Below are positions 41,319 to 51,497 of a DNA stretch of 64,000 nt, in pieces (the first letter of the stretch is position 1; each line of letters begins with the position of its first letter). The position numbers and the translations under genes were made by a program. The stretch lies in contig CAWDYC010000008.1 in assembly GCA_963806535.1 (NCBI GenBank), forward strand, positions 96,001 to 160,000. Direction: 5' to 3'. Under the pieces are notes generated by a model that was not told where the DNA came from, searched no databases, and saw nothing but the letters and a program-made list of their open reading frames with translations. Source of the DNA: Candidatus Bathyarchaeota archaeon. GTDB taxonomy: Archaea; Thermoproteota; Bathyarchaeia; Bathyarchaeales; Bathycorpusculaceae.

Positions 41319-42926
41319 TTATCCCGTAAAGTCAAAGACGAATATTCTTCTTGGGTCTGCACCAAAAGTGGCTTGATCTGATATTCCAGAAAAGTTGCCT
41401 GAATAATATATTTGCTCGTAGACTTGATGCAAGTCAAGTGTAGTGTTGAAATACGGCACGGTACTGCCGAACTCGTACATGAAAACGAATTTTACATTAT
41501 TCTGTTTGCATAAGCCAATAAACTCAGTTATATTGAAGTTTGGAGTATAGGTGTCAACTGGCAACGCTGGGTACTGATAGGTTTTGATTTGGGGTGCACC
41601 ATCTGCCCAGAGGTAGAAGCTTACCATATCTTGGCTAAAGTAATTGTAGGGGCATAGAAGGATGATGGACTGGTTTGTGGGATCATGGGCTACTACATAG
41701 TTTGTTGCTTGGCTAATTTCAATGTTAATGTCATTTTGTTTGACATTGTAGTAAATATCATTAATACTGTAAGCAATCGAAACAGACACTAAGACTATCA
41801 ATAAGGCAGCTGCCACTTTAGCGGCTTTTTTCCTGTTTATGCTTACACTTTGTATCCAAGTGTGGCGAAGTTTATCGTAAACAAACAACACAAGAACTGA
41901 AGCCGAGATTGCCAAAGCCGGAAACAATGTCAAAACGTAGCGCCATTCACGATTGGAAATCACAGTGAAAAACACGAAAACGCTGATGAACCAAACGAAA
42001 ACAAACTTGTCTTCCCTTTTCCTCCGCCAAACAAACAAGCCTAAACCAGTTAAACCTACAATATAGAGAAGCAGGGAAATCGGGTGTACATCACTGTAGG
42101 GCCAAACCATTTCTATCAGGTAAAATATTGGAATAGGAAAGCGAACGCTGTACAATGATCTTCCAGGATTTCCCATCTGCAAAGCGTACATCCATTGACT
42201 AAAAACGTATGATGCCATAACATGATAGACAATTATAAGCCAGGGAATAATCACAGCAAGCGCGGCGACGATAAGCAGCACAAATCTTGAAAACAACCGT
42301 TTAAGTTGGCCCCACCCCAATATCAGCATGCTAACAACCATTACCGCCAAAGCTGCAATGACCTGATACTTCGTTAAGAATCCAAAACCTAAAGCTAAAC
42401 CGCTCAAAACTAGCATCCAATTCTTTCTACTGGTTAACCAACGGAAAAAGAAAAACAAGGACAGCGTAAAAAAGAAGACAAGCATTATTTCCAGCAAAGC
42501 CAAACGTGAGAGCCAAAAGTAACCTGGCATGACGGCCAGGAGAATAGCTGAAATTAAGGCAGCTTTTCCGCCATACATGTTGTAGGCTAATTCAAAGACT
42601 ACCCAAAGTGAAAGAATACTGAAAACTGCAGATACAAGTCTGGCCGAGAAAAGGCTTGCTCCAAATAGGTAGAAGGATCCCGTAGTGAAAACTGAATAGA
42701 GCGGTGGGTAGAAAGAGTCGCGTACGAAATTGTTGTATAACCCATTTTTTAGTTCCATTGCGCCAGTTAATCGGGTGACTTCATCCCAATTCATAGGTTG
42801 GTTGGAGAGGATAAGTAGGAGCAGAATAAAGTATGCGAGTGCGAGAATTAGAAAGGCAATTCGCCACTTGTTTAAGGCTGCTTTCAGCTGAGTTAAGCGG
42901 GATCTTGAATTTGGTTTGTCAATCAT
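41319..42926 (-). CDS. GT39/ArnT-like membrane glycosyltransferase
   Basis: WDE, YPPLY, SARLVS, SRLALLE, LTKY, EWRY; polytopic. Confidence 0.85.
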   Translation of the reverse strand: MIDKPNSRSRLTQLKAALNKWRIAFLILALAYFILLLLILSNQPMNWDEVTRLTGAMELKNGLYNNFVRDSFYPPLYSVFTTGSFYLFGASLFSARLVSAVFSILSLWVVFELAYNMYGGKAALISAILLAVMPGYFWLSRLALLEIMLVFFFTLSLFFFFRWLTSRKNWMLVLSGLALGFGFLTKYQVIAALAVMVVSMLILGWGQLKRLFSRFVLLIVAALAVIIPWLIIVYHVMASYVFSQWMYALQMGNPGRSLYSVRFPIPIFYLIEMVWPYSDVHPISLLLYIVGLTGLGLFVWRRKREDKFVFVWFISVFVFFTVISNREWRYVLTLFPALAISASVLVLFVYDKLRHTWIQSVSINRKKAAKVAAALLIVLVSVSIAYSINDIYYNVKQNDINIEISQATNYVVAHDPTNQSIILLCPYNYFSQDMVSFYLWADGAPQIKTYQYPALPVDTYTPNFNITEFIGLCKQNNVKFVFMYEFGSTVPYFNTTLDLHQVYEQIYYSGNFSGISDQATFGADPRRIFVFDFTG

Positions 42927-43069
42927 TTTTCTCAGCGCTGCAAAGCCTGTTTTCTCAAACTATGAAAGGCATTCGATATAAAATCTTCCTAATTGAAGCA
43001 TTTTGCAGCTTTATTTACAAGTGAGAAAGGCTAAAATGTTTCAATGCAACAATTTGTCTGGGTTTAACT

Positions 43070-44110
43070 GTGCCTTATAATGAACTTAGAAAAGATTATT
43101 TGCTGAACCGTTGGGTTGTAATCGCGACAGAGCGAAGTCGAAGACCCACAGATTTTGTGAAGCAAAAGACTGAAAGTGTGCAAACGACGGTTTGTCCGAT
43201 GTGTGTAGGCAACGAGCACTTGACGCCTCCAGCCAGGATGCTTTATCTTAAAGAGAACGATGGAATAAATGTTGCTCAAGACCCGATGGTTGGCGAGCGC
43301 CCGAAAAACTGGCTTGTCCGCGTTATCCCAAACCTTTACCCAGCCTTCAGCCCACCCAAACAGCCTGAAGATACGGCACAAATTTTCAAGAATGAATGTT
43401 TGGGTGATGCAATTGGTGGTCATGAGGTTATTGTTGAATCGCCTAATCATGATGAGGATCCAGCTGACGCTGAATTGCCACAGCTTGAACTGGTCATACA
43501 CGCCTACATCGATAGGATCAGAGAGTTAAGCTCAAAGCCGTATGTAAAGTATGTCTCGATTTTTAGGAATTTTGGCAAAGAAGCAGGTGCCTCAATGTCT
43601 CATGCGCACAGCCAAGTAATTGCAACACCTATGGTTCCCCCGCTTATCCAAGAGGAAATGGGTGCAAGCAAAACATACTACAGAAAGTACAGGAAATGTG
43701 TTTTCTGCGAAATAATTGAGCGGGAAGCAAAGGGTCCAAGGCTTGTTTATGACAGCACTGACTTCTTGGTTTTTGCTCCTTACGCAAGCATTAATCCGAT
43801 GGAGTTTTGGATTGTTCCTAAAAAACACGCCGCCAACATCCTTGATATGACTGGTGCTGAAGTGGAGGGTCTGGCTAAAACACTCAAATTAAGCCTCAAA
43901 GCCCTAAAAGACCTGGTCAACGACCCGCCGTACAATTACGGTATACACTTAGCCATAAATGAAGAAGCAAAAGACTCCTATCACTGGCACTTGGAAGTTT
44001 ATCCTAAACTGTCAATTTGGGCAGGCTTCGAACTAAACACGGGAACATACATCAACACGGTTACGCCTGAAACAGCCGCTGAAAGCCTACGAAAAGCAAT
44101 AGCAACCTAA
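43070..44110 (+). CDS. galT: Galactose-1-phosphate uridylyltransferase (HIT-like)
   Basis: ERSRRP, CPMCVGNE, PNLYPA, GASMSHAHSQ, WAGFE. Confidence 0.9.
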   Translation: MPYNELRKDYLLNRWVVIATERSRRPTDFVKQKTESVQTTVCPMCVGNEHLTPPARMLYLKENDGINVAQDPMVGERPKNWLVRVIPNLYPAFSPPKQPEDTAQIFKNECLGDAIGGHEVIVESPNHDEDPADAELPQLELVIHAYIDRIRELSSKPYVKYVSIFRNFGKEAGASMSHAHSQVIATPMVPPLIQEEMGASKTYYRKYRKCVFCEIIEREAKGPRLVYDSTDFLVFAPYASINPMEFWIVPKKHAANILDMTGAEVEGLAKTLKLSLKALKDLVNDPPYNYGIHLAINEEAKDSYHWHLEVYPKLSIWAGFELNTGTYINTVTPETAAESLRKAIAT

Positions 44111-44180
44111 TTTTCTGTTTTGTCAAGGTTTCTGGACATCTAAATTAGCCTATCACAGTACCCGATTTACGCCTTTACTC

Positions 44181-44380
44181 AAAGCAGAAGAAGTGTGTTT
44201 TTTCTTGTTTCTTCTTCTTTTAAATCTGGAAGAAGGAGACGCGGACTCTTAAAGGAACTTAACAAAGAGGTAGAAGTAGGATGCGGTGTTTTTTCTTCCG
44301 TTCCTACTTCTTCTACCAGAAAAACAACAACACAGTACCACCACCAACTGTTGTTACTCTACATGCTGTTGTTCTTCTTT
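44181..44380. other. Cluster of hairpins, two sharing an identical loop sequence, between convergent genes
   Basis: AGAAGAAG/CTTCTTCT and AGAAGTAGGA..CGG/CCG.TCCTACTTCT stems, both enclosing GTGTTTTTTCTT; third stem ACAGT/ACTGT. Confidence 0.45.
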
Positions 44381-44431
44381 GAATAATATTTCTCAAAAAG
44401 ATTATGGAGCGGAGGTGCATGGGAAGTTTGC

Positions 44432-46492
44432 CTAAGTAGCCACAAATTGAGGTTTTATCATCAGAACGTCTTCAATATAGGCTCTTAGGGGCTCGGCTAC
44501 GCTCCATGCTTGTGAGATACATCCTCTTGGAGCGTTTGGCGAGTCACAGTCGTAAATTTCATTTATGGTTCCTAACCCTCCTTGATGAATTCCGAGGGTA
44601 AACAGGGGCAAAATAAGATTGTTCAAAGCATAGTCACGCGATTTAGCAGAGTAACCATTAACTCTCAAGTATGCTGTGACATATGGTCCTAGTAACCAAG
44701 GCCAAATTGTGCCGTTGTGGTAAGCTGTATCTCGGCTTCGTCGGTTACCGAAGCATTTGCCTGCAAATTTGGGGTCATCTAATGAGAGAGTTCTTAAGCC
44801 GTATGGTGTCACAAGTTCACGGTTTACTACTTCAACAACTTTTGAGCTTTTTTCTGAGTCAAGCATTGTGTAATCCAGTGAAACGGCAAATATCTGGTTC
44901 GGACGATCCGACGCATCTTTAGATTTGATATCAAGAACGTCAAACAGGCAGCCTTCTGCGGGATTCCAGAATTTTTCGTTAAAACTTTCGCGGGTTTTGT
45001 TTGCCATAGCTGCGTATTTTTCAGCGAATGAGATCTCACCGAACTTGTTTGCTAATAGCTCCATGATTCTAAGAGCATTATACCATAATGCTTGAATTTC
45101 CACTGCTTTTCCAGCTCGGGGAGTAAATTCGTCGCCGTCCACCGCAGCATCCATCCATGTAAGCTGTGGACCATGAACAATTAAGCCGTCATCACCCAAA
45201 CGAATACCAAAAAACGTGCCTTTCTGGTGGTAGTCTATTATTGATTGTAGGCTTTCCCAGAGCTCTTCTTTAACAAAGACAAAATCTCTAGTGTACTTCA
45301 GATATTGGAGAACTGCATTAATGTACCAGAATGTTCCATCAACCGTGTTGTAAGCTGGCTCAGCGGTCTTGTCCGTGACAAAATTGGGAATCAAGCCACC
45401 TCTGCAATACTGGATGAAGTTTTTTAGTATGTTTTTTGCTTCGTTGAATCTTCCAGTTACCAGCAACAGACCAGGAAAGGAAACAAAAGTATCTCTGCCC
45501 CATGATTCAAACCAGTGGTATCCTGCGATGATTGATTTTTGGCCGGCTGTGTTTTGTACAATAAAGGAGTCTGCGGCTAAAAGAATCCAGTTTAGCCAAT
45601 CACTCATGGGTACCTTGGTGTATTGGCGATAAAAGTCATTCAAGAGTTCGCTCTTTTGGTTCAACTCTTGTGTAAAAACATCAGTGCTAACAAATGTGTT
45701 TCCGAGCGAATCTAAGAATTCTCTCGCTTTCTGATACTTCTCATCAACGGAGGCAGTTATCGCAAATTGTTTCTCAGTTAGAGATGGAACTTGCAGTTCA
45801 AAATATCCCGGCTGGAAACAATCATCAGTGCTGCTTTCTTCCCGTTCCGCTTCATCACGGTAGAATAAACGGTCTACCCAGTTAAAATTCTCCTTAAATT
45901 CTCCGTCAGATGATTGGCAAACAAAAGTGGCTTGAGGACGCTCAAAGTTTACCTCAAAATCTTTTTTGCCGCTTTTTTGCGTAAAATCCAGTGGGTTTTT
46001 ACGTCGGTCAACCACAGTGTGGAAATATCTGCACGTTAAAAGGGGATAAATCCTTACTTTAACGTTAGAATTGTTCTGGTTATTAACATTATAAATTGAT
46101 GATACTGCGTTCTTGTTTTTAGGCATAAAAATTGTTTTATCAACTTTGATGTTGCCTAAATCGTACGAGTATTTTGGGTAAGGTACAATTGAAAATTGGC
46201 TTATTAGCTTGTGACCTTGCGGGTAGATTAAATTGTGAAAGTCGTTCGAGCCTAACCTGATAACATCGTTGTCAATAATCACGTCTTCATCGAGTTTTGA
46301 CAAACAAACAGTGCGATCGCCAGGTGGATGCAACGCAGCAACTAACAAACCATGATATTTCCTCGTGTTTATCCCGAAAACCGTTGATGATGCGTAACCG
46401 CCCAAACCGTTTGTAACCAGCCACTCCCGCTCTATAACCTCGTCGAAACGTGAAAGCGCTTCTTGAGTAAAGGTTATGGCGGGTAGCTTCAT
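44432..46492 (-). CDS. Amylo-alpha-1,6-glucosidase (glycogen debranching enzyme)
   Basis: REWLVTNGLGGYAS, AGYHWF..WGRDT, LTWMDA, YHNGTIWPW, QAWSVAE. Confidence 0.92.
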   Translation of the reverse strand: MKLPAITFTQEALSRFDEVIEREWLVTNGLGGYASSTVFGINTRKYHGLLVAALHPPGDRTVCLSKLDEDVIIDNDVIRLGSNDFHNLIYPQGHKLISQFSIVPYPKYSYDLGNIKVDKTIFMPKNKNAVSSIYNVNNQNNSNVKVRIYPLLTCRYFHTVVDRRKNPLDFTQKSGKKDFEVNFERPQATFVCQSSDGEFKENFNWVDRLFYRDEAEREESSTDDCFQPGYFELQVPSLTEKQFAITASVDEKYQKAREFLDSLGNTFVSTDVFTQELNQKSELLNDFYRQYTKVPMSDWLNWILLAADSFIVQNTAGQKSIIAGYHWFESWGRDTFVSFPGLLLVTGRFNEAKNILKNFIQYCRGGLIPNFVTDKTAEPAYNTVDGTFWYINAVLQYLKYTRDFVFVKEELWESLQSIIDYHQKGTFFGIRLGDDGLIVHGPQLTWMDAAVDGDEFTPRAGKAVEIQALWYNALRIMELLANKFGEISFAEKYAAMANKTRESFNEKFWNPAEGCLFDVLDIKSKDASDRPNQIFAVSLDYTMLDSEKSSKVVEVVNRELVTPYGLRTLSLDDPKFAGKCFGNRRSRDTAYHNGTIWPWLLGPYVTAYLRVNGYSAKSRDYALNNLILPLFTLGIHQGGLGTINEIYDCDSPNAPRGCISQAWSVAEPLRAYIEDVLMIKPQFVAT

Positions 46493-47382
46493 TAGGGCAT
46501 CAGCTTAGCTACGTTTTTGTCCCGTGGAACACAAAAATAATTGGCGACTGGAACACATTTTGTCCTGAACAATAGCAAATGTGGTTTTGTTAGTTTGTAT
46601 TCGGTGAGGGTTTCAGCGTAGCCCATGCCTTTAGCAAAAACCAGTTCAGCCGAATCATATACTTTCAGGAATTCAGGTGAAACTTCTTTTTTTTGCAAGC
46701 CAACTGCGTCGGTTCCTGTTGTTATTACATCATCAGCCAATTTGTCCATGTTTGATAGAGGGACATCCTCCATTGTGGCGTCGTTAATTACAGGTCCGCC
46801 TTTAACAACATAAATGACTTTTAAACCCATATTTTTTAATTGTTCAACTAGCAAAGTGTCAAAAACGATTTCGCCGGCATTATCCGCTAAATAAAGAACA
46901 GTGTTTGCTTTCTTTGCTAATTCGTAAGCTTTGTCAATATCATCAATGACTAAATCTTTTGACGCTGCTCTAAAACAAGCAGCTAAATCATTTAGTGTGA
47001 ATTTGTGCCCTGGAATATCAAATTCCATAATATTGCCTACGATTGCGCATAGACATGCTTTTTTGAATCGTTCTTGTTGATTGTTACTTGCTTCTACCAG
47101 TTTTTTTGCATGTGGCAGTATTTTGAGGGCTTTCTCGTTAGCTAACCGTTTGCTACGCAGGTAAGGGTCTTCGTTGCAGCTCAGCTGTTTTATTATGCGA
47201 TCCCTTTTTGTTCCTAATTCTGCGGCGACTGACGTGGATTTGAATTCCCGATTCAATAATTTAACAATTTCAGCCAGACATCTAAATCGAAGAGCAGGGT
47301 TTGTTGTGGCTTGATACGTTGCCACTTGCCCCCGAGAAAGCAAACACGACTCACATTCAGCTTCAACTTTCAAGACATTCAC
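46492..47382 (-). CDS. DUF89/ARMT1-like damage-control phosphatase
   Basis: ECESC, DPY, DNAGEIVFD, NDAT, KGMGYAETL, TKC. Confidence 0.88.
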   Translation of the reverse strand: MNVLKVEAECESCLLSRGQVATYQATTNPALRFRCLAEIVKLLNREFKSTSVAAELGTKRDRIIKQLSCNEDPYLRSKRLANEKALKILPHAKKLVEASNNQQERFKKACLCAIVGNIMEFDIPGHKFTLNDLAACFRAASKDLVIDDIDKAYELAKKANTVLYLADNAGEIVFDTLLVEQLKNMGLKVIYVVKGGPVINDATMEDVPLSNMDKLADDVITTGTDAVGLQKKEVSPEFLKVYDSAELVFAKGMGYAETLTEYKLTKPHLLLFRTKCVPVANYFCVPRDKNVAKLMP

Positions 47383-47387
47383 ACAAT

Positions 47388-48101
<714 letters not shown>

Positions 48102-48174
48102 TTACTAATATGATTTGCCTTAGAAAATACTATGAAGATAGGTTCTAACAAAAAATTAAGAAAGTTTATTTTAG

Positions 48175-49848
48175 TTATGATTTAACTTGTAGAGCGGCCT
48201 TCTTGGCAATATCTTCCGTTAACATTCCGATGAGATGGCCGTTTTTAACTATGGCTGCGCGTTTCATACCTTTCTCGATCATCAGTTTCATGGCTGAAAT
48301 CATGGATTGGTCTCCTTGCAGGATTATGAGCGGTGTGTAAGTGAGGTCTTTGGCAAGAGTTTTTTTAGGGTCTTTGTGTTCTTCAACTATATCTCTTAAG
48401 ATGTCCTTTTCGTTTATTATTCCTAGTGGCCGGTGATTCTCAGTTATTAAGATTGAGACAACTCCGTTTTGCAGCATTTTATTGACCAGTTGGGTTGCTG
48501 TTTCGGATGTTGAAACTTCAATTGAGGGTAGTTTAGTGCCGGCTTGTTCGCTGATTTCTGAAATATCTATGCCTCTCTTCCAAATATCGTCCAGCATTTC
48601 GCTTACTCTTTCAATTTGACTAGGGTCAGTGGAGTACATTGTGTCAACCAAGGAAAGGGCGGATTCGGTTTCAAAATCACTCAGAGGAGGCATTTTGAAC
48701 ATGAAGAGGTACTTGTCATCAACAAGCATCATTGTTAAGTAGCTAATCGGTACATGTTTGATTTCGTAACTTTTTGAAAGCTTTTGTGCTGGCTCAAGAT
48801 TGTCAAGGTCAATTGACGCCATTATTCTGACATCTAAGTCCTTATTTAGATATTTTACTATGGGGTCATTTTCAGCGAGACGGTTGATGCTTTGGGATGT
48901 AGTAATTAGAACAACTTCTTTTTTTGCGGATTCCAGAATCTTTGTGACTTTGTTCCATGCTTCGTCTGCGTCTTTAATGACAAGCGTTTCGCCAATTGGT
49001 ATTCCGGTCTTTATCTCGTCAATTCGTCTTGATGCGTCAACTCCGCTTTGCCACATTTGGCCGAAGAAAGCTTTCAGAACTGAAATGAACATTTTATCGT
49101 TAATCCATAGGCCTTCATCTTCTAAATTCAAAACGGAAGCTTCATTGCCAAAAGGTGCGTACAGCATGGCTTCTTCTTCATCTTTTATTAAAAATCTTGG
49201 GAAAAATTTGGAGTTCATTCCGACATGTCGGACCTTCATATTTAGTTTTTCCGCAGCAATATTTTTGTCGAGTCTTTCAGCAACTTTGAGGTTTTCATGG
49301 GAAATGTCAGTTATAATTTGAAATTGAACTTTTCGTTCTTGGGCAGAAACTTCAGCTGTATCAAATATTCCGGCTATGTCTTCTTGAATTAAACCTAAAG
49401 CGGTTGTTAAGACTGTCACTTGAGTTTTTGACTCTTCAATCATGGATAGCATTTTGGAGTGAATTTTCTTTTTTCCTGTAATAATGGAGAATTTGGCTAC
49501 TGGATATTCAGATTCAGGAGCACTTATTGATTGCCAAGCTGTTAAAAGGCTTGACTTTTGATCGTTTAGATTGGTAACTTCAGTCTTTTTAGCGTTGATG
49601 AATTGATCAACCAGTGCTTCAAAAGGAACAATCGTAAACCGGGTAGGCCGCTCCAAAGTTGCTTCTATGAAGCCTTTTTCCTGCAGTTTTTTGAAGGTTC
49701 GGTAAGCTTGGACTCGTTCCATTTTAAGTCTTTTAGCCACAAAGCTTGTTGATTGTACACCACTTTTGGCAAGAAACATGTAAACTTGGATTTCTCGTTT
49801 TGATAACCCGAGAATCTGGAGGAATTTGGTTACATCCTTTTCACTCAA
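48175..49848 (-). CDS. TrmB family regulator: wHTH + two TrmB effector (PLD-like) domains + C-terminal CBS pair
   Basis: LGLSKRE..VY..L, L.EKGFIE....RP; duplicated effector domain (FLIKDEEEA / MLVDDKYL); CBS motifs PLGIINEKDIL and LIGMLTEDI. Confidence 0.8.
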   Translation of the reverse strand: MSEKDVTKFLQILGLSKREIQVYMFLAKSGVQSTSFVAKRLKMERVQAYRTFKKLQEKGFIEATLERPTRFTIVPFEALVDQFINAKKTEVTNLNDQKSSLLTAWQSISAPESEYPVAKFSIITGKKKIHSKMLSMIEESKTQVTVLTTALGLIQEDIAGIFDTAEVSAQERKVQFQIITDISHENLKVAERLDKNIAAEKLNMKVRHVGMNSKFFPRFLIKDEEEAMLYAPFGNEASVLNLEDEGLWINDKMFISVLKAFFGQMWQSGVDASRRIDEIKTGIPIGETLVIKDADEAWNKVTKILESAKKEVVLITTSQSINRLAENDPIVKYLNKDLDVRIMASIDLDNLEPAQKLSKSYEIKHVPISYLTMMLVDDKYLFMFKMPPLSDFETESALSLVDTMYSTDPSQIERVSEMLDDIWKRGIDISEISEQAGTKLPSIEVSTSETATQLVNKMLQNGVVSILITENHRPLGIINEKDILRDIVEEHKDPKKTLAKDLTYTPLIILQGDQSMISAMKLMIEKGMKRAAIVKNGHLIGMLTEDIAKKAALQVKS

Positions 49849-49887
49849 TCGAGCAACCGCCGTTTAAAACTTAATTAGTATTACTCG

Positions 49888-49953
49888 ATGTCGTTCGACA
49901 TTTATATAACTAATGTTTTTTTGTAGACGTTTTGTCAAACGATTTGACTACAA
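49888..49953. promoter_or_regulatory. Palindromes flanking the TATA box of the TrmB-CBS gene
   Basis: ATGTCG-TT-CGACAT (49888-49901) abuts the TATA box; GTCAAA-CGA-TTTGAC at 49934-49948; direct repeat TAGACGTTTT twice. Confidence 0.45.
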
Positions 49954-49980
49954 CTAGACGTTTTTGCGCTAACAAGGTGG

Positions 49981-50643
49981 CTAAACAAGCTTCTGCTGCA
50001 AAAAGGCCTTTTCGCTCTTAGCCCTCTTCGCAGGCTTCCATGACTTCCTAACAAAATCAGGATAATCATCATTTTTATCCAGCAGACCCTTAAGAAAAAT
50101 CATTGTTTTTTCATCCGTTAAGTATCCGCTGCCAAAGTCACCGTGTTCAAGCCTCAAGCTTGCGACTTCTCTATCGCGCTCAACCTTAGCAATAATCGAG
50201 GCTGCTGAAACGATCGGATAAATCCTGTCAGCCTTATGTTTAGAAATGATTCGAGTCTTAATTTTTAAGCATTCTTTAACATGGTTTCCAAAGCGATGTT
50301 CAACAGTGTCTGCCGCATCAACGTATGCTTCATCAGGTTCTAAAACTTCAATAATTTGAGCCATCGTCTGTGCCTCAAGCCTGTTTAATTTATGCAGTTT
50401 TCTGAGGTTTTCAACTGCTTTATCAATTTGGAAAGGCATGACTTTTATTGTGTGATACTTTTCAACTAATTGCAATATTACTGGATACAAAAGACTCCGC
50501 TTTTCTGGTGTTAGAAGTTTTGAGTCTCTGACGCCTAGGTCGGTCAGGATTGAAAGGTTTTCAGTTTTCATCATAACACCAGCGACAACTAAAGGACCGA
50601 TAACACATCCCCGTCCAGCTTCGTCAACACCAGCAACCAACAT
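49981..50643 (-). CDS. rnhB: Ribonuclease HII
   Basis: GVDEAGRG, DSKLL, VSAASIIAKV.RD, GSGY. Confidence 0.96.
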   Translation of the reverse strand: MLVAGVDEAGRGCVIGPLVVAGVMMKTENLSILTDLGVRDSKLLTPEKRSLLYPVILQLVEKYHTIKVMPFQIDKAVENLRKLHKLNRLEAQTMAQIIEVLEPDEAYVDAADTVEHRFGNHVKECLKIKTRIISKHKADRIYPIVSAASIIAKVERDREVASLRLEHGDFGSGYLTDEKTMIFLKGLLDKNDDYPDFVRKSWKPAKRAKSEKAFLQQKLV

Positions 50644-50798
50644 TACAGCTTTTCAACCTTAAACTATCAATGCCTTCTGATCTAAGCTATATTGCTTTTC
50701 CAAAAAATATTGTTAATTAGAAAAATCGTTGCAAAGCAGAACATATTGAAATTTTGGTTCGAGAGGGAAGGAGCAAGTTTTGTAGGCACTCTTGCGTC

Positions 50799-51497
50799 TT
50801 AACTACGTTGGGCGATTATCATGGCGTGTGCCTTGTCAAAAGGTTCCAGATTCACAACTTCTTTGACTTCAAAACCTCTTTTGCGCAAAACATTAGCTTC
50901 CTGGCGATAAACATCGTCTGGATTCATGGTTACATCGATACTTTGTGATTTAACAGCGAGCATAACCCAGCCGCCCGGCTTTAGGAAAACATCTGCGTTG
51001 TCAGCCAAAAGTCTTGCTTGTTCAGGCTGCGCCACATCGCAGTAAATTGTATCTACTTTGCCTGAGATGAACATCGCATATCTTTCGGGCATCCGAGCAT
51101 CTTCCAACAAAGGGGAAATGTTTGGTCTAAAGGTTGCAACATTATTAACTAAATCTCGAATCGATCGCTGGGCAAATTCGACGCAGTAAACATATCCGTT
51201 TTCGCCCACGATATCCGAAACGTGGCTGGGGGTTGTTCCTGAAGCAGCACCTAAATAAAGAACTTTAAAGCCAGGCTCTATAGGCACATTTTGTAAACCT
51301 TTAAGGATTGCAGCGGCTAATTTGCTTCTGAAAGCATCCCAAACACGGTACTCAACGCCTTTAAATCTAATCAGTCGTTCGCTATAAACAATTAAGCCGG
51401 GAGTTAAATTGCGTGTACCTAATCGTTGTGCGCCGTCTTCAAGGGTAACTTGGTATATTTCTTTGAATTTTGGGTGCGGTCTAACCTTGACGGTCAA
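50799..51497 (-). CDS. flpA: Fibrillarin-like rRNA/tRNA 2'-O-methyltransferase
   Basis: RSKLAAAI, VLYLGAASGTT.SHVSD, DVAQPEQ. Confidence 0.96.
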   Translation of the reverse strand: MTVKVRPHPKFKEIYQVTLEDGAQRLGTRNLTPGLIVYSERLIRFKGVEYRVWDAFRSKLAAAILKGLQNVPIEPGFKVLYLGAASGTTPSHVSDIVGENGYVYCVEFAQRSIRDLVNNVATFRPNISPLLEDARMPERYAMFISGKVDTIYCDVAQPEQARLLADNADVFLKPGGWVMLAVKSQSIDVTMNPDDVYRQEANVLRKRGFEVKEVVNLEPFDKAHAMIIAQRS

